64,000 nt of DNA from Octopus sinensis (taxonomy: Eukaryota), in contig NC_043019.1 in assembly GCF_006345805.1 (NCBI RefSeq), positions 22,691,360-22,755,359 on the forward strand, read 5' to 3'. This document shows, piece by piece, positions 13,201 through 25,831 of the stretch; the stretch's first letter is position 1, and every line of letters starts with the position of its first letter. Below the pieces are notes generated by a model, which saw nothing but the letters and a program-made list of their open reading frames with translations, searched no databases and had not been told where the DNA came from. A program made the translations under genes and the position numbers.

Positions 13201-14552
13201 CCACAATTTTACGATCATGATGCTGACACCCTAACCACTACACCATGTGCCTCTGTAATGTATCTAAAACTACATTATCTATTGACCCTCTACCTCATCT
13301 TTTTATAGATGGAAAGACACAAGAGAAATTTAGCTGCTATTTCTAGCAGGTCAATTCCTTGTTGGCTCTGTAACCTTTTTAGTTGTCGTTGTTGTTGTTG
13401 TTGTTATATCCATCTAATATTTAATAGTGAGACACCAACACCCTCCCACCACTTAAAACATGAGCTTCTGAGCCGGTAAGCCAGATTTGGTTTTGTGGAT
13501 TTGGTTTTGATATCAAAAAGCAAGAAGAGACTTCGTTGCTAGCAGCGTCAAACGTTGGAATTTAAAAACAGAGTTAAATTAACTCTGGTTATGGTGGAAG
13601 GAAAATCTTAAGAAAAATCAGACAAGGGAGGATTAGAAGATAAAAGAAAAAAAAGTAGAAAAGAAAATCCCAAAAGCCAAAAATCATCTAAAATGGGGTT
13701 GGCAGTGGCGGAGGAATGGAAGGAGGAGGGGGAGGAGGGATGGATGAAAAATATGAAAACCTTTTATTTGGGAAAATAAACGCATGATGTATGATGTAAG
13801 TATGCTGTGTTTGTGTGGTGCACGCCATGACAGATGCATTACATTGTGTATGCACGACATATGCACATCATGTGTGCAACGTTTCCATTCGAGACTGCAA
13901 GGCACCGTGCACAATATTCTTGGATTGAAAAGACAGATTTATTGCCAAATAAACCTTGAAATACAAAGTAACAAAAGAAAATTGATTTTAGCTTCCATCA
14001 TCTTCAAACCCCCCACCCCCACCCCACCATCCTGCCCCCCCTACTTTCTGTGTCCCCCACCCCACTCCTTACAAAACTTACATTAACTGTAAGCTTGTGT
14101 TTGTGCTTGCTTAAGTTCTCCTTTCCAAGTATGTATTTGTATGAATGTATATTTGGATAGAATAGATTTGTGCGTATACATTGCTAACTAAACCACACTA
14201 TAAGTTGCCTGGTTGAGGATATGTATGCACAAATGCATACACAGACACAAGTGTGTGAGAATAGTACAGGAGCCAGGCGCACAGTCAAATCTGGCCGTAT
14301 GTAGCATATGTACAAACAAGCATCTCTTTTCCTATGTACACAAACATATGAATGCATGCGAATGTGTGTTGATATTAATACACATCTCAGGAGAGAGATA
14401 AATACATCAGAAGAAATAAAAAGGAAAACAAATGAGAGAGCACGAAAGAGACAAAGAGAGATCTCAGAAAATGAGAGGGAGAGCAAGAGGGTGAGAGAGA
14501 GAGATAATAAGGGGAAAGGAAAGAAGGAGAGAAAGAAGTATAATCAACGAAC

Positions 14553-14627
14553 CTTTCAAAAGGTCGCTTCTTCACATAATTCTCCCGGACATATTCCATT
14601 AGTTGCTTCTGTGTCTTACCACTATAC
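14553..14627 (-). CDS. FARP1/2: FARP-like exon H, FERM-adjacent (YSGKTQKQLMEYVRENYVKKRPFE-R)
   Basis: 75 nt; acceptor ttacag, donor gttcgt; phase 2-2; RYSG.TQKQ...FER FA motif. Confidence 0.92.
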
Positions 14628-14744
14628 CTGTAATATAAGTGGGGAGAGAAGAAAGACAATAGAGAAACGGATTAGTACAAGCACTGCAGTAATACAATAA
14701 TAGAAATAAAAACTACATACATATACAAACACACACATATGCAC

Positions 14745-14804
<60 letters not shown>

Positions 14805-17381
14805 CAAATAAGTTGCTTATTTTGATTATAATCACCTTATTTTAAATTGTATAGATAATGCCATACTAAATTCTGGTACCTTCAACTTAAGTACCATATT
14901 CATCTGAATCTAAATTTATATATATATATATACATAGACAGGGTGTCTCAAAAGTCACTGATGAGTTTCAATTTTTAATAATTCCTCAACTTTACAAATG
15001 CATGCATGAAATTTTGATACAATACAAAGGACATAAGTTAAATTTTGCAACACCACTACATCACATACAAAAAAATGACATGCAATGGGACTGAACCCAG
15101 AACTATGTGGTTGGGAAGCAGTCTTCTTACAACAGAGTCACACCTGATCTTTTTTTTTAATTTGGTACTTATTCTATCAGTTTCTTTTGCTGAACTGTGA
15201 AGTTACGGAGCTGAAAACAAACATAACTGACACCAGTTGTCAAGGTGTGGTGGTGGGAGAGGGGAAACAAACAAACAAACATTAAGATTTATTTATTTAT
15301 TTATTACTGACAGGCTTCCACACAGGCTCCACTTGTCAAATTCATGGGGTGCCTGAAACTTTGCAACAGAACACTTGCCCAAGGTGCTGTGTAGTGGAAC
15401 TGAACCTGAAACCATGTGGTTGCAAAAGTGAGCTGGTTGATGTCAGTGCCCCCTGACTGGCTCCCATGCCAGTGGCATGTAAAAAGCACCATCCAAACAT
15501 GGTCAGTGCCAGTGAACCCTGACTGGCTCCTGTGCCAGTACCATGTAAAAAGCACCCACTACACTCTCAGAGTGGTTGGTGTCAGGAAGGGCATCCAGCT
15601 GTAGAAACCTTGATCGGATTGAAGCCTGATGCAGCCTTCTGGCTTGCCAGTCCTCAGTCAAACCACCCAACCCATGCCAGCATGGAAAGCAGATGTTAAA
15701 TGATGATGATGATGATGATGATGATAGACATACACACAGATGGATGGACAGATGGATAGGTATAATATAGTTTAAAAAATTATGTACGAAGATTCTATTT
15801 TCAATCAGCTGTGTCTGGCAGTACTTGTTAGATAAAAACCAATTTTCTACAATGAGATAATTATGCATGGAATTTACTCAGGCATCAAAAAGTACTTAAA
15901 ATTCCGTATACACTTTACACATTGTTAATGTTTTATTTGTTATTTTTGTTTCTTTTTCTTTTTTTTTTTCTTTGGCTGCCAAGCAGAACCAAGGTCAAGA
16001 ACATAGATAAATGTATATTTATAACATATTTATCTATCTTGAAGGGTTGTGTATGTACGTAGGCTTATCTCAGAAGGCTCTTATATACATTCACATGATG
16101 ATGATGACAACACGCCTCCACCTGGGTTCACCGTTCGCTGCATTCACCTCTAACTCTATCCATCCATCTTTCTCTCTTTTCATACACTTGTGAAAGAGAC
16201 CAATAAACTAAGCACTAAGAATAAATACTGGGGTTTATTCATTCAACTAAAAATTCTTCAAGGCAGTGCCCCAAAATGGGCACAATCTAATAACTGAAAC
16301 AAGATACACACACACACACACATAAAAGTCTGAACATTGATTTTAAGTAAGAAACTACACCGTAAATCAGAGACTTTTTTTAATAAAAAAAACCTGTGAC
16401 CATTCAAAAAGCCTCCCCATTCACCCTGTCCGATTCTCTGGACCATTCCTCTGATGTTCATCTCCCTGTAAGTCAAGGGTATGCCTCTGATACCTTTTCA
16501 TCACCATCTTCCCTCCTTTTCCAACCATGGCAGCCACGTATCTCCTCTACAACAAGATACCTCTTTCAGTCCCTTTGTCATATTCTAACTTCTCATCTCC
16601 TGGTATAAAGCCACGTCCTTCAATACTACTAAGTCCCCAGTTGTGGAGCCCAGTTTTGCAAGTTACTTGTTGACTTCACTTGTGCTAGTGTTGTGTATAA
16701 GGTACCCTGTATACACTGCAAAATGGCTAGTCTCAGGAAGGGCACCCAGCATAGAAGCCATGGCAAAGCAGACACTGGTGCTTGGGGTAGGCCTCTGGTT
16801 TGTTGAACTCTGTCAAACCATCCACCCTATGCCAGTATGGGTTGGATGATGATGGTGATCACATACACACATACATTTTCTGTATCTAAATATTCTGGCA
16901 CAATAGATACAATCATCTGTAATGTTATGGTGTAATCACCAATTAAAGATGTGATCTTCTCCATTCTTATTCTTGTTGTCTTCTCGAAATTCTTCTAAGT
17001 GATATTTGGATTAACTTGTCATGCATGAACTATTACCTTGGATTTTTATTCTACTTACATTTATTGGTATCTGATGGCTGGATATAGCTAATCAAATTCA
17101 TTTAACATAAGTGCGTTACAGATAGCTACCAGGATTTATTAATCCTTCTTCTTATATATATATATATACATATAACTCAGTATGTGTATGTATGTAGATG
17201 TGTCTGTCTGTCTTTTTGTATGTATGTTTGTGTGTATGAATGGATGTATGTATATTTTCAATGTATTTGCTTTTAACCGTTCTACCAACTCTGAAACAGA
17301 GGACATTATCAAGTGATATGTAATTAAATGACAAAAAAATTCTGAAATTAAATCAACTTGCTCAGTGCCATTGTCACTTAC

Positions 17382-17542
17382 CGATACGATGACCCTCGAC
17401 TCACAACACGGGTTTTATTCCGTGGTAGTTTTTTCACCGTGTGGCATCGAAAGAATGCATGGTGTTCTATACATTTCTTCCAGAATCCTTTGCATTCGTT
17501 CCGACTCTCAAAGAAGAATTCCACTATATCCTTGTAGTAACC
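17382..17542 (-). CDS. FARP1/2: FARP-like exon G (GYYKDIVEFFFESRNECKGFWKKCIEHHAFFRCHTVKKLPRNKTRVVSRGSSY-R)
   Basis: 161 nt; acceptor gctcag, donor gtaagt; phase 0-2; end of FERM-C and start of FA domain. Confidence 0.95.
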
Positions 17543-17919
17543 CTGAGCAAAGAGAAAGAGAGGAAGACAAAGGTGAATAAGAAATAATTAAGGTGAAGAA
17601 AAAAGAATGCAAAACTAGTTTGCTGTGTCGTTGTGTGGTTTTGGAATTCAATTTCACCATGTGGCAACTTAAGTGTCTTTTACTAAAAGCTTTAGGTTGA
17701 CCAATGCTTTGTGAATGGATTTGGTAGACAGAAACTGTATGGAAGCACATCATATATGTGTGAGAAAGAGAGAGAGAGAGAGAGTGTGTGGTGTGTGTAT
17801 GTGCATATATATATATTTATAAAAATGGTAAGACAACAAAAGAATGAAAGAGACCTCGATATTATGTAAATAGAGGAATTTATCTGTAAATGTAATATGT
17901 GACAATTATTCCATAGCTA

Positions 17920-17982
17920 TGATAAAACTCTGAGTTTCGGATGCTGAGGTGGAAATCCACGCCGCCATTTCTTGAGTTATCA
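17920..17982 (-). ncRNA. Hammerhead ribozyme motif (G5-to-C core mutant), Penelope-like
   Basis: tgataa-CTCAAGA-stem II (gtgga/tccac)-GAAA-ctcagag-TT-ttatca. Confidence 0.65.
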
Positions 17983-19659
17983 GGCCATCGGAAAAAATGC
18001 TATGAAAAAGCCCGTTATACAAAGGGAAATTGCTGTGTGCTTGACTGTTATTAAGACAAAAGAGCTATTTGAATGACCGCTAAGTGAGGGGAGGGAGTAA
18101 AAGTAAGAGGTTAAAAAAGTTCATAGTATTCGCGTAAGCACGCATGTTCATACCTACACATGTGCGCCCGCACAACCACGTGCATGCACCTAAAAGTATA
18201 CACTCATCCACCCTCACATGAAACATACACAACAATCTTGTTTTCATCATCATCATCGTTTAACGTCCGTTTTCCATGCTAACATGGGTTGGATGGTTTG
18301 ACCGGGATCTGGGAAGCCAGAAGGCTGCACCAGGCTCCAGTCTGATCTGGCAGTGTTTCTACAGCTGGATGCCCTTCCTAATGCCAACAACTCCGTGAGT
18401 GTAGTGGGTGCTTTTTACATGCCACCGGCACAGGTGCCAGGCGAGGCTGGCAATGGCCACGATCGGATTGGTGCTTTTTACGTGCCACCATTTTCACATC
18501 GATGAAAAAAACTGGGGAGTAATTAAATTTGTTTTTAAAGCAGTGCCTGGTTAATGTGAGAGCCATTTCCATAAACCACATAGCAGGGTGTTGTATAGTT
18601 TTTTACACTGTTTTGGTTGATCCAAGGCCATAACGAAGGACATGTGTCCTCAATATGGCTGTCCAATAGGAATGAACATGGAATCATGGGATTGTGAGAC
18701 AAATACAGCCATGTTTGTTTATGACTAAATTAATTCAAAGCAGAATGAAATGTTTTAAATACAGAATACTGAGTGTGCATGTGTGTGTGTGTGTGTGTGT
18801 GTGCGTGTGTATGAGTGAGAAAGAGTGCGAGTGTGTGTATGTATAAGAGAATTAGAGTGTATATGTGAGTGAGAGGGTGTGCTTGCATCTATATATGTGT
18901 GTGAGTAAGAGAGAGAGAGTTTAAGTGTGAGCGTATGAGATTGTGTGTGTGTGTGTGTGTGTGTGTCAGTGAAAACTGTGTATGTATGTTTGTTCATATT
19001 AGAAAAGCAATTTGTCATTTTGCTGTGTGAGCAGTCATGTTTAGTTAATCCTTCCTCACCGTCCAACTAACACCAGTTGCTGTGGATTTGTCAGTTATCA
19101 GTAAACAGCAATAAATAATTCAAAACTATATCACACTCAACTGGCCCTTCCTTCTCTTTTGTGTGGATATTTGACCTGCTAGAAACAACAGTCGAACCTT
19201 ACTGTTCAAGTGATTTTGTTCCCCATGCCACCACAATGTGTTCTTATGTTGGCAACAACAAAAGGAAGCAAATAAAAGCCAGGCTATTTGGATAAGGAGC
19301 TTGCTTCCCAATCATTTGGTTTCCAGTTCAGTCCCTCTGTGTAGGACTTTGGGCAAGTGTCTTCCATTATAGCACCAAGCTGACTTAAAGCTGTGCAAGT
19401 GGATTTGATAGAAGGGAAATTGAAAGAAGCCAGTTACACACACACAGAACCATGCTTGTACCTATATACATTTGTGTGTGCGTGTGTATATATATATATA
19501 TACAGAATACACATGTTTTAAATTCTGTTTGTACAACCAAACCTATATATATATATAGTCATATAATATCTCAGTTGTGTGTGTATATAGAAACACACAC
19601 ACGTATATGCATATATATATATAGACACACACGTGTATATATAAATATACCTGTGCATA

Positions 19660-20175
19660 CCTTCCTTCTTGTGACACTTGTGAAGACCTGTTGAGGCAAG
19701 TGAAAATCAAATCAAACCAAATCAAAATAGATGAACATCATGGAATTTGTATCTTGTGGTACCAGTGCCGGTGGCACACAAGAAAATCATCCGAACGTGG
19801 CCGAGATGGCCTCCGTGCTTTGGGGACGTAAAAACACCATCCGATCGTGGCCGTCCGCCAGCCTCATCTGGCACCTGTGTCGTGGCACATAAAAACACAT
19901 CCGAGTGGCCGTCTGCCAGCCTCGTCTGGCACCTGTGTCGGTGGCAAATAAAAACACATCCGAGCGTGGCCGTTCGCCAGCCTCGTCTGGCACCTGTGGT
20001 GGCACATATAAAATCACCCACTACACTCTCGGAGTGGTGGCGTTAGGAAGGGTCCATGTAGAAACACTGCCAGATCTGACTGGCCTGGTGCAGCCTTCGG
20101 CTCCCCAGACCCCAGTTGAACCGTTCCAACCCATGCTAGCATGGAAAACGGACGCTAAATGATGATGATGATGAT
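19660..20175 (+). mobile_element. Retroposon family F with internal minisatellite (about 60-bp unit) and (GAT)n tail
   Basis: About 4 units of catccga..gtggccg..gccagcctcgtctggcacctgtg; 3' end ccatgctagcatggaaaacggacg..gatgat. Relatives at 8556-9050 (-), 15420-15725 (+) and 18245-18490 (-). Confidence 0.8.
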
Positions 20176-20825
20176 ATAGACACACACGCACGTGTTTACA
20201 TAAAATATAATCATATAATATCTCTGTTGTGTGTGTGTGTATACACATATATAATACACCTGGTAGTTTTCCGGTGAAGCACATTCACTGGGTTTTTAAA
20301 CAAATGTAGTTTCTGTCTCTCTCATTAATCAAATCATACACACACACACAAACAAACAAACATGTATGTGTGTTTATATATGTATGCATGTATGTATGTA
20401 CATACATACATGTATCTTCTGGTCAACACCCTAATTGGCAGGCTACATGCCTTTTACACACACAATCTTTTACACTATTTCCATCAACCAAAACGGCAGT
20501 GAGAAGACTACGAGTCAGCCCAAGGCTAGACAATAGAAGAAATTAGTCCAAGGTGCTGCTGCACATTAGAATCGAACCCAAAACCAAGAGGTTGTAAAAC
20601 GACCTTGTTAACCCCACAGCCATGCCTCTCCCACCCTCTTGAATATGCTTTAACAAATATATACTTAACCCTGGCCATATACACCCCAAATATTCTCTAC
20701 CTGTTTTATGTTCAAACCAGCCAGATCCGGTCTCTTACACTTTACCCTAGATTGCCATTTCAAACATAATTACATCACTGAAATCTTGGAGTAAGAGATG
20801 AGGCATGATTAATTGAAAATAATGT

Positions 20826-21208
20826 GGAGTGGCTGTGTGGTAAGTAGCTTGCTAACCAACCGCATGGTTCCGGGTTCAGTCCCACTGCGTGGCATCTTGG
20901 GCAAGTGTCTTCTGCTATAGCCCCGGGCCGACCAATGCCTTGTGAGTGGATTTGGTAGACGGAAACTGAAAGAAGCATGTCGTATATATATATATATATA
21001 TGCGTGTGTGTTTGTGTGTCTGTGTTTGTCCCCCTAGCATTGCTGGTGTGTTTACGTCCCCGTCACTTAGCGGTTCGGCAAAAGAGACCGATAGAATAAG
21101 TACTGGGCTTACAAAGAATAAGTCCCGGGGTCGATTTGCTCGACTAAAGGCGGTGCTCCAGCATGGCCGCAGTCAAATGACTGAAACAAGTAAAAGAGTA
21201 AAGAGTAA
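20826..21208 (+). mobile_element. tRNA/CORE-like SINE family B with internal (TA)/(TG) tract
   Basis: gtggctgtgtggtaag..gggttcagtccc..cttgggcaagtgtcttctgc (CORE-like)..ccagcatggccgcagtcaaatgactgaaacaagtaaaagag. Confidence 0.85.
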
Positions 21209-21899
21209 ATAAGCAGTGTGTGGTTTAGTGGTCAGGGTATTTGGCTCATGATCATAAGGCTGTGAGTTCAATTCCTGGTGATACGTAATATCCTTGTGCA
21301 AGACACTTTATTTCATATTGCTCCACTCCACTCAGCAGGCAAAAGGGAATTGTACCTGTATTTCAAAGAGCTAGCTTTGTTATATTCTGTGAAATGCTGA
21401 ATCTCCCTCAGAACTATGTTAAGGATATGTGTGTCTGTGGAGTGCTCAGCCACATGCACGTTAATTTTGTGAGCAGTCTGTTCCATTGATCAGATCAACT
21501 GGGACACTCGTCATTGTAATCAACAGAGTGCCAAGTATATTTGACAAATGGTAAATGGTTAATCTTTGTTATGTAATGAAAGAGTCGACAGCAAATGGAT
21601 GTGTAAAATATGGTGTCACTAAAGGTGGCTTGATCAGCTCTCACACACACACACTCACACAATAACAAAATGCAGCAATGATTCTAATAAGAATAATAAT
21701 GATTTCAAATTTTGACACAAGGCCAGCAGGTTTGGGGAATGGGCTAAGTCAATTACATCAACTCCAGTGCTCAACTGGTACTTATTTTATCGACTCCAAC
21801 AAGATGAAAGGCAAAGTCGACTTCGGCGGAGTTTGTGACTCAGAATCTAAAGATGGATGAGATGCCGCTAAGCATTCTGCTTGGCATGGTAACAGTTCT

Positions 21900-22499
21900 T
21901 ATTTCTTTACTACCCACAAGGGGCTAAACATAGAGGGGACAAACAAGGACAGACAAAGGTATTAAGTCGATTACATCGACCCCAGTGCGTAACTGGTACT
22001 TAATTTATCGACCCCGAAAGGATGAAAGGCAAAGTCGACCTCGGTGGAATTTGAACTCAGAACGTAACGACAGACGAAATATCTATTTTTTTACTACCCA
22101 CAAGGGGCTAAACACAGAGAGGACAAACAAGGACAGACAAATGGATTAAGTCGATTATATCGACCCCAGTGCGCAACTGGTACTTATTTAATCGACCCCG
22201 AACGGATGAAAGGCAAAGGAGACCTCGGTGGAATTTGAACTCAGAACGTAACGGCAGACGAAATATCTATTTCTTTACTACCCACAAGGGGCTAAGCACA
22301 GAGAGGACAAACAAGGACAGACAAATGGATTAAGTCGATTATATCGACCCCAGTGCGCAACTGGTACTTATTTAATTGACACCAAAAAGATGAAAGGCAA
22401 AGTCGACCTCGGCAGAATTTGAACTCAGAATGTAGCGGCAGACAAAATACCGCTAAGCATTTTGCCCGGCGTGCTAACGATTCTGCCAGCTTGCCACCT
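21900..22499 (-). mobile_element. SINE family A head-to-tail trimer (about 184-bp units)
   Basis: Three near-identical units with junctions at about 22082 and 22266; an older copy adjoins at 21698-21898. Confidence 0.9.
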
Positions 22500-22572
22500 T
22501 TAACAACAACAACAGCAGCAGCAGCAACAACAAACAACACACAAAAAAAAGAAACAGAGAAAGAATACTTAC

Positions 22573-22728
22573 ATAGTTTTCAGGATGAAGCTTGATCAGA
22601 AATTTTTTGCGTTTGAAACTTAGTTTTCTAATTTTGGCCCATGAAAATGTGTTGATTTTAGTCAGGTTTTGGAATACAACAATACCCATGTGTGCTACCG
22701 ATAGACTAAGATGAACGCCTTCATGGTC
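22573..22728 (-). CDS. FARP1/2: FARP-like exon F, FERM F3 ([52 protein letters not shown])
   Basis: 156 nt; acceptor (CT)n-ccacag, donor gtaagt; phase 0-0. Confidence 0.96.
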
Positions 22729-22919
22729 CTGTGGGGGGAGAGAGAGAGAGAGAGAAAGTGAGAGAGACAGATTAGCAAAACAGAGATTAGACAGAGAAAG
22801 CAGAGAATGACAGAGTAAGAGACAGAATAGAGAGAAGAGAAAGGAGTTCAAAAAGGAAAAGGAGAGGAATGAAAAATAGTAAGAGAAAGCGTGTGTGCAT
22901 GTATGTAGAATTAACAAAA

Positions 22920-23415
22920 AGGACAACGACAACAATAACAGCAATAATGTTGAAGATGATTAGGAGAATAATGGCAACGACTGTTGTTGATGTAAGAACT
23001 GTTTTATCCATGTCTGGGCATCTTCTCCCGACTAGATATATGGCTCTTTGTTGATGATGATGATGATGATGATAAACTGTGATATTTGTGGTGGTGTCAA
23101 GAGTGATGACGACAAACAATGGTCGTTGTTCATGGTAACGGCAATGATGACAGAGATAGGAGCAATGATGGCGATGATTGTAACAATGGTAATGATGATG
23201 ATAGTGATGATTCTCAATGCTAGTGATGACAGTAACATTGCCAGTAGCATTAATGACAAGGAAGGTGATGATGATGATGATGGTGATGGTGATGATGATG
23301 TCAGTGGTGATAATGATGGTAGTGATAATCAAGATGGCGATGAAGATGATGATGACAGTACCATTGACAATGACAATAACAACAGCAATAATATTGAAGG
23401 AGAAGGATGATGACA
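22920..23415. repeat. Degenerate (GAT)n low-complexity tract
   Basis: Direct inspection. Confidence 0.85.
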
Positions 23416-23706
23416 AATGCTTAAATGCTTTACATCACTCCCAGTCTCCTCTTCCTCCTCCTCATCCTTATTATTATCACGACAATGAGAAAAACTCAAA
23501 ACTGTTGTCAGAAAAAAAACTTAGGTAATCAAAGAAGAAAGTTGCAATGAAATGAAATCAAATTACAACAGCAGCAGCAACAATACCATGATTTTCATTA
23601 TCAAGCTTCTGAAATCTCCCTACCCCCACCACACAAAAAAAAAAAATAAATAAAAAGGAACCTAATTAAATATAAGAAAAACACAAAAATTTCCTTCAGA
23701 ACTCAC

Positions 23707-23794
23707 CTTCGCTGGAAAATTTCTTATTCCATATTGTTCTACTTTCCTTGCTGTATCTAATAAATTTAAGTCAGCCTCCGAAGGACCTTGGCCA
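23707..23794 (-). CDS. FARP1/2: FARP-like exon E (IGQGPSEADLNLLDTARKVEQYGIRNFPAK)
   Basis: 88 nt; acceptor gttcag, donor gtgagt; phase 2-0; GQ.P.EAD...L..AR..E.YG FERM signature. Confidence 0.94.
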
Positions 23795-24402
23795 CTGAAC
23801 ACAGCAACAGGAGACAGAAAGACAAAGACAGAGAAAAATTAGCAAATAGAAAGAGAGAGAGAGTTTGTGATACGTGTTGATTTATTACATGTCACACATG
23901 GAGTTACTTGTGTGTGTGTTACATCACATAGGCACACACTATGCTACAAAGAGAACTCATTACTTACATGTTACAGAAACCACCTACAAGGCTACTCATA
24001 AGTTACATGTCACACAGAAGTAAAACTATAAAGACATATTTGCTACATAGGTGTGTACGTGTCACAGGTGAGACAATGAGTGACAGAGGTTTGTGACTTA
24101 CATGTGATGCAACATGAAACAAAGAGAATAATTTTCTAATATGTTTGATACAAAATTCATCACAATGTAACTTATGCCCTTGAAATACATATACACAAAG
24201 AAATATACACGTGGCACAAAATGTTATTAACTAGAAATAAGGATCTCTCAGTTACTTGTGACAAGAGAAATTTACCTAAAGATGAGGATGATGTAACAGT
24301 GTTGCAAAATGTTACACAGACCTAAAAATGCATTATGTAGCATAAAATGTGTCACAAGGTTTCATGAGGTCTTGTGACAAGTCAATGAGGGAGCATCTAA
24401 AC

Positions 24403-25065
24403 CAATAGTTCTCAACCAGGTCCATGTGGAGGCACATGGCCTAGTGGTTAGAGCAGCAGACTCGCGGTCGAGGGATCGCGAGTTTGAATCTCAGATCAGG
24501 CGATGTGTGTGTTTATGAGTGAAAACACCTAAGCTCCACACGACTCCGACAGAAGGTAATGGCAAACTTCTGCTGACTCTTTCGCCACAACTTTTTCTCC
24601 CTCTTTCCTCCTGCATCTTGCAGCTCACCTGCAATGGACAGGTGTCCCATCCAGGTGGGGAACCTATACGCCAAGAAACCGGGAAACTGGCCCTTATGAT
24701 CCAGGCATGGCTCGAGAAGGAACAAACAACCAGGTCCATATATGATTTTTTGGGGTCCAAACTAGCAAAATAGTAAACTGGGGACCCACAGTAATATTTT
24801 AAGGGTCCACGAAAAGTTTTGATTTAAATGTGTGTATTGCAAGAAACATCTAGGTTTCTTTCTCTGACATTTGTAGTTCAACAAATGGAAGTGAATGAGT
24901 GAATTGAATAACAAAATAGGAATTTTGAAAGAAATATCTTTAAAATTAGTTTTTAAACATTGAATGGCTATGTGGGGGGGGGGGGGGGGGCACAAGAATA
25001 AAATAGTAAACAAAGGGATTCATAATGGGGTCCAAAGGGATCCAAAAAATGGTTGAAAACCACTG
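24403..25065. mobile_element. hAT-like MITE interrupted by SINE C
   Basis: caatagttctcaacc ... ggttgaaaaccactg termini, resembling Charlie-type CAGTGGTTCTCAACC. Confidence 0.65.
24428..24727 (+). mobile_element. tRNA-derived SINE family C (V-SINE-like domain) nested in a hAT-like MITE
   Basis: A box tggcctagtgg, B box gagtttgaatc, cctgcaatggacaggtgtcccatccagg; TSD caaccaggtccat on both sides. Confidence 0.85.
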
Positions 25066-25831
25066 TTTTAAATGGTTGCTCGACCTGCTAGAAACAGCAG
25101 CTAAATCTCATCCAAAATTACATTCTGGAAGTTTTTAGTTTATAGTAGAAAAGAGAGTTTTAGCTCTTCATAAAATGCACTTGCCATGCCTTGGGCCCTC
25201 AATTTCTACTGGAAGATACTAGTGTGTAAGGATGTGGTTGTGACATTTGGCATACTCAGGACATTTTAAAACCTGGGTGGGTGGGTTGGTTGGTATCAAA
25301 TGTTTAATTGTGTGATACCAAGAGTTACATTAAACAGCAGAAGAAATTCTTCATTATGTAACACAGTCTTATTAAACAGAACTGGGAGTATATGGCCTGG
25401 TCACATGTACCATGTTTGCACTAATTGATTTGGGTGCTTACATAGTCATGAGTAGACATAGACTCCCTCTTGACTCTCCCACCCTTTGATCCAGTGACAC
25501 ACTTAAGATGTGGTACAAATAATTAACGATTACACAATCAAGAAATCATTATGTAACCAGTGTTATAAGTGTCACAAATACCATCAAAGAGATTACTCAT
25601 GTAATACAACAGTAAAAACAGTAAAAAACACAGATGATCTTTACGTAACACAAACGATGTTACATATGTGACAAACAGTGTCAGATCTGTGTCAAACAAA
25701 AAAGTAACATCAAACTTGTATGTGATACAACAGTAACAAAAAAGACAATCTTCATGTAAGACAAACAATATTACATCTGTGTCATAATATGAAACAACAT
25801 TAAAGAGGAGAAAGAGAGAAGAGTCACTCAC

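Noticed and set aside
13440-13600. Unique CpG-containing island as the next FARP exon
   Set aside because: The candidate phase-2 acceptor reaches a stop within about 12 codons; no DH-domain similarity.
19790-20015. Regularly spaced repeats resembling a CRISPR array
   Set aside because: Units are wholly repeated with no unique spacers; internal to a eukaryotic retroposon; no cas genes.
24428-24500. tRNA gene candidates at SINE heads
   Set aside because: A and B boxes are present, but each continues into a multi-copy SINE body and lacks a full acceptor stem.
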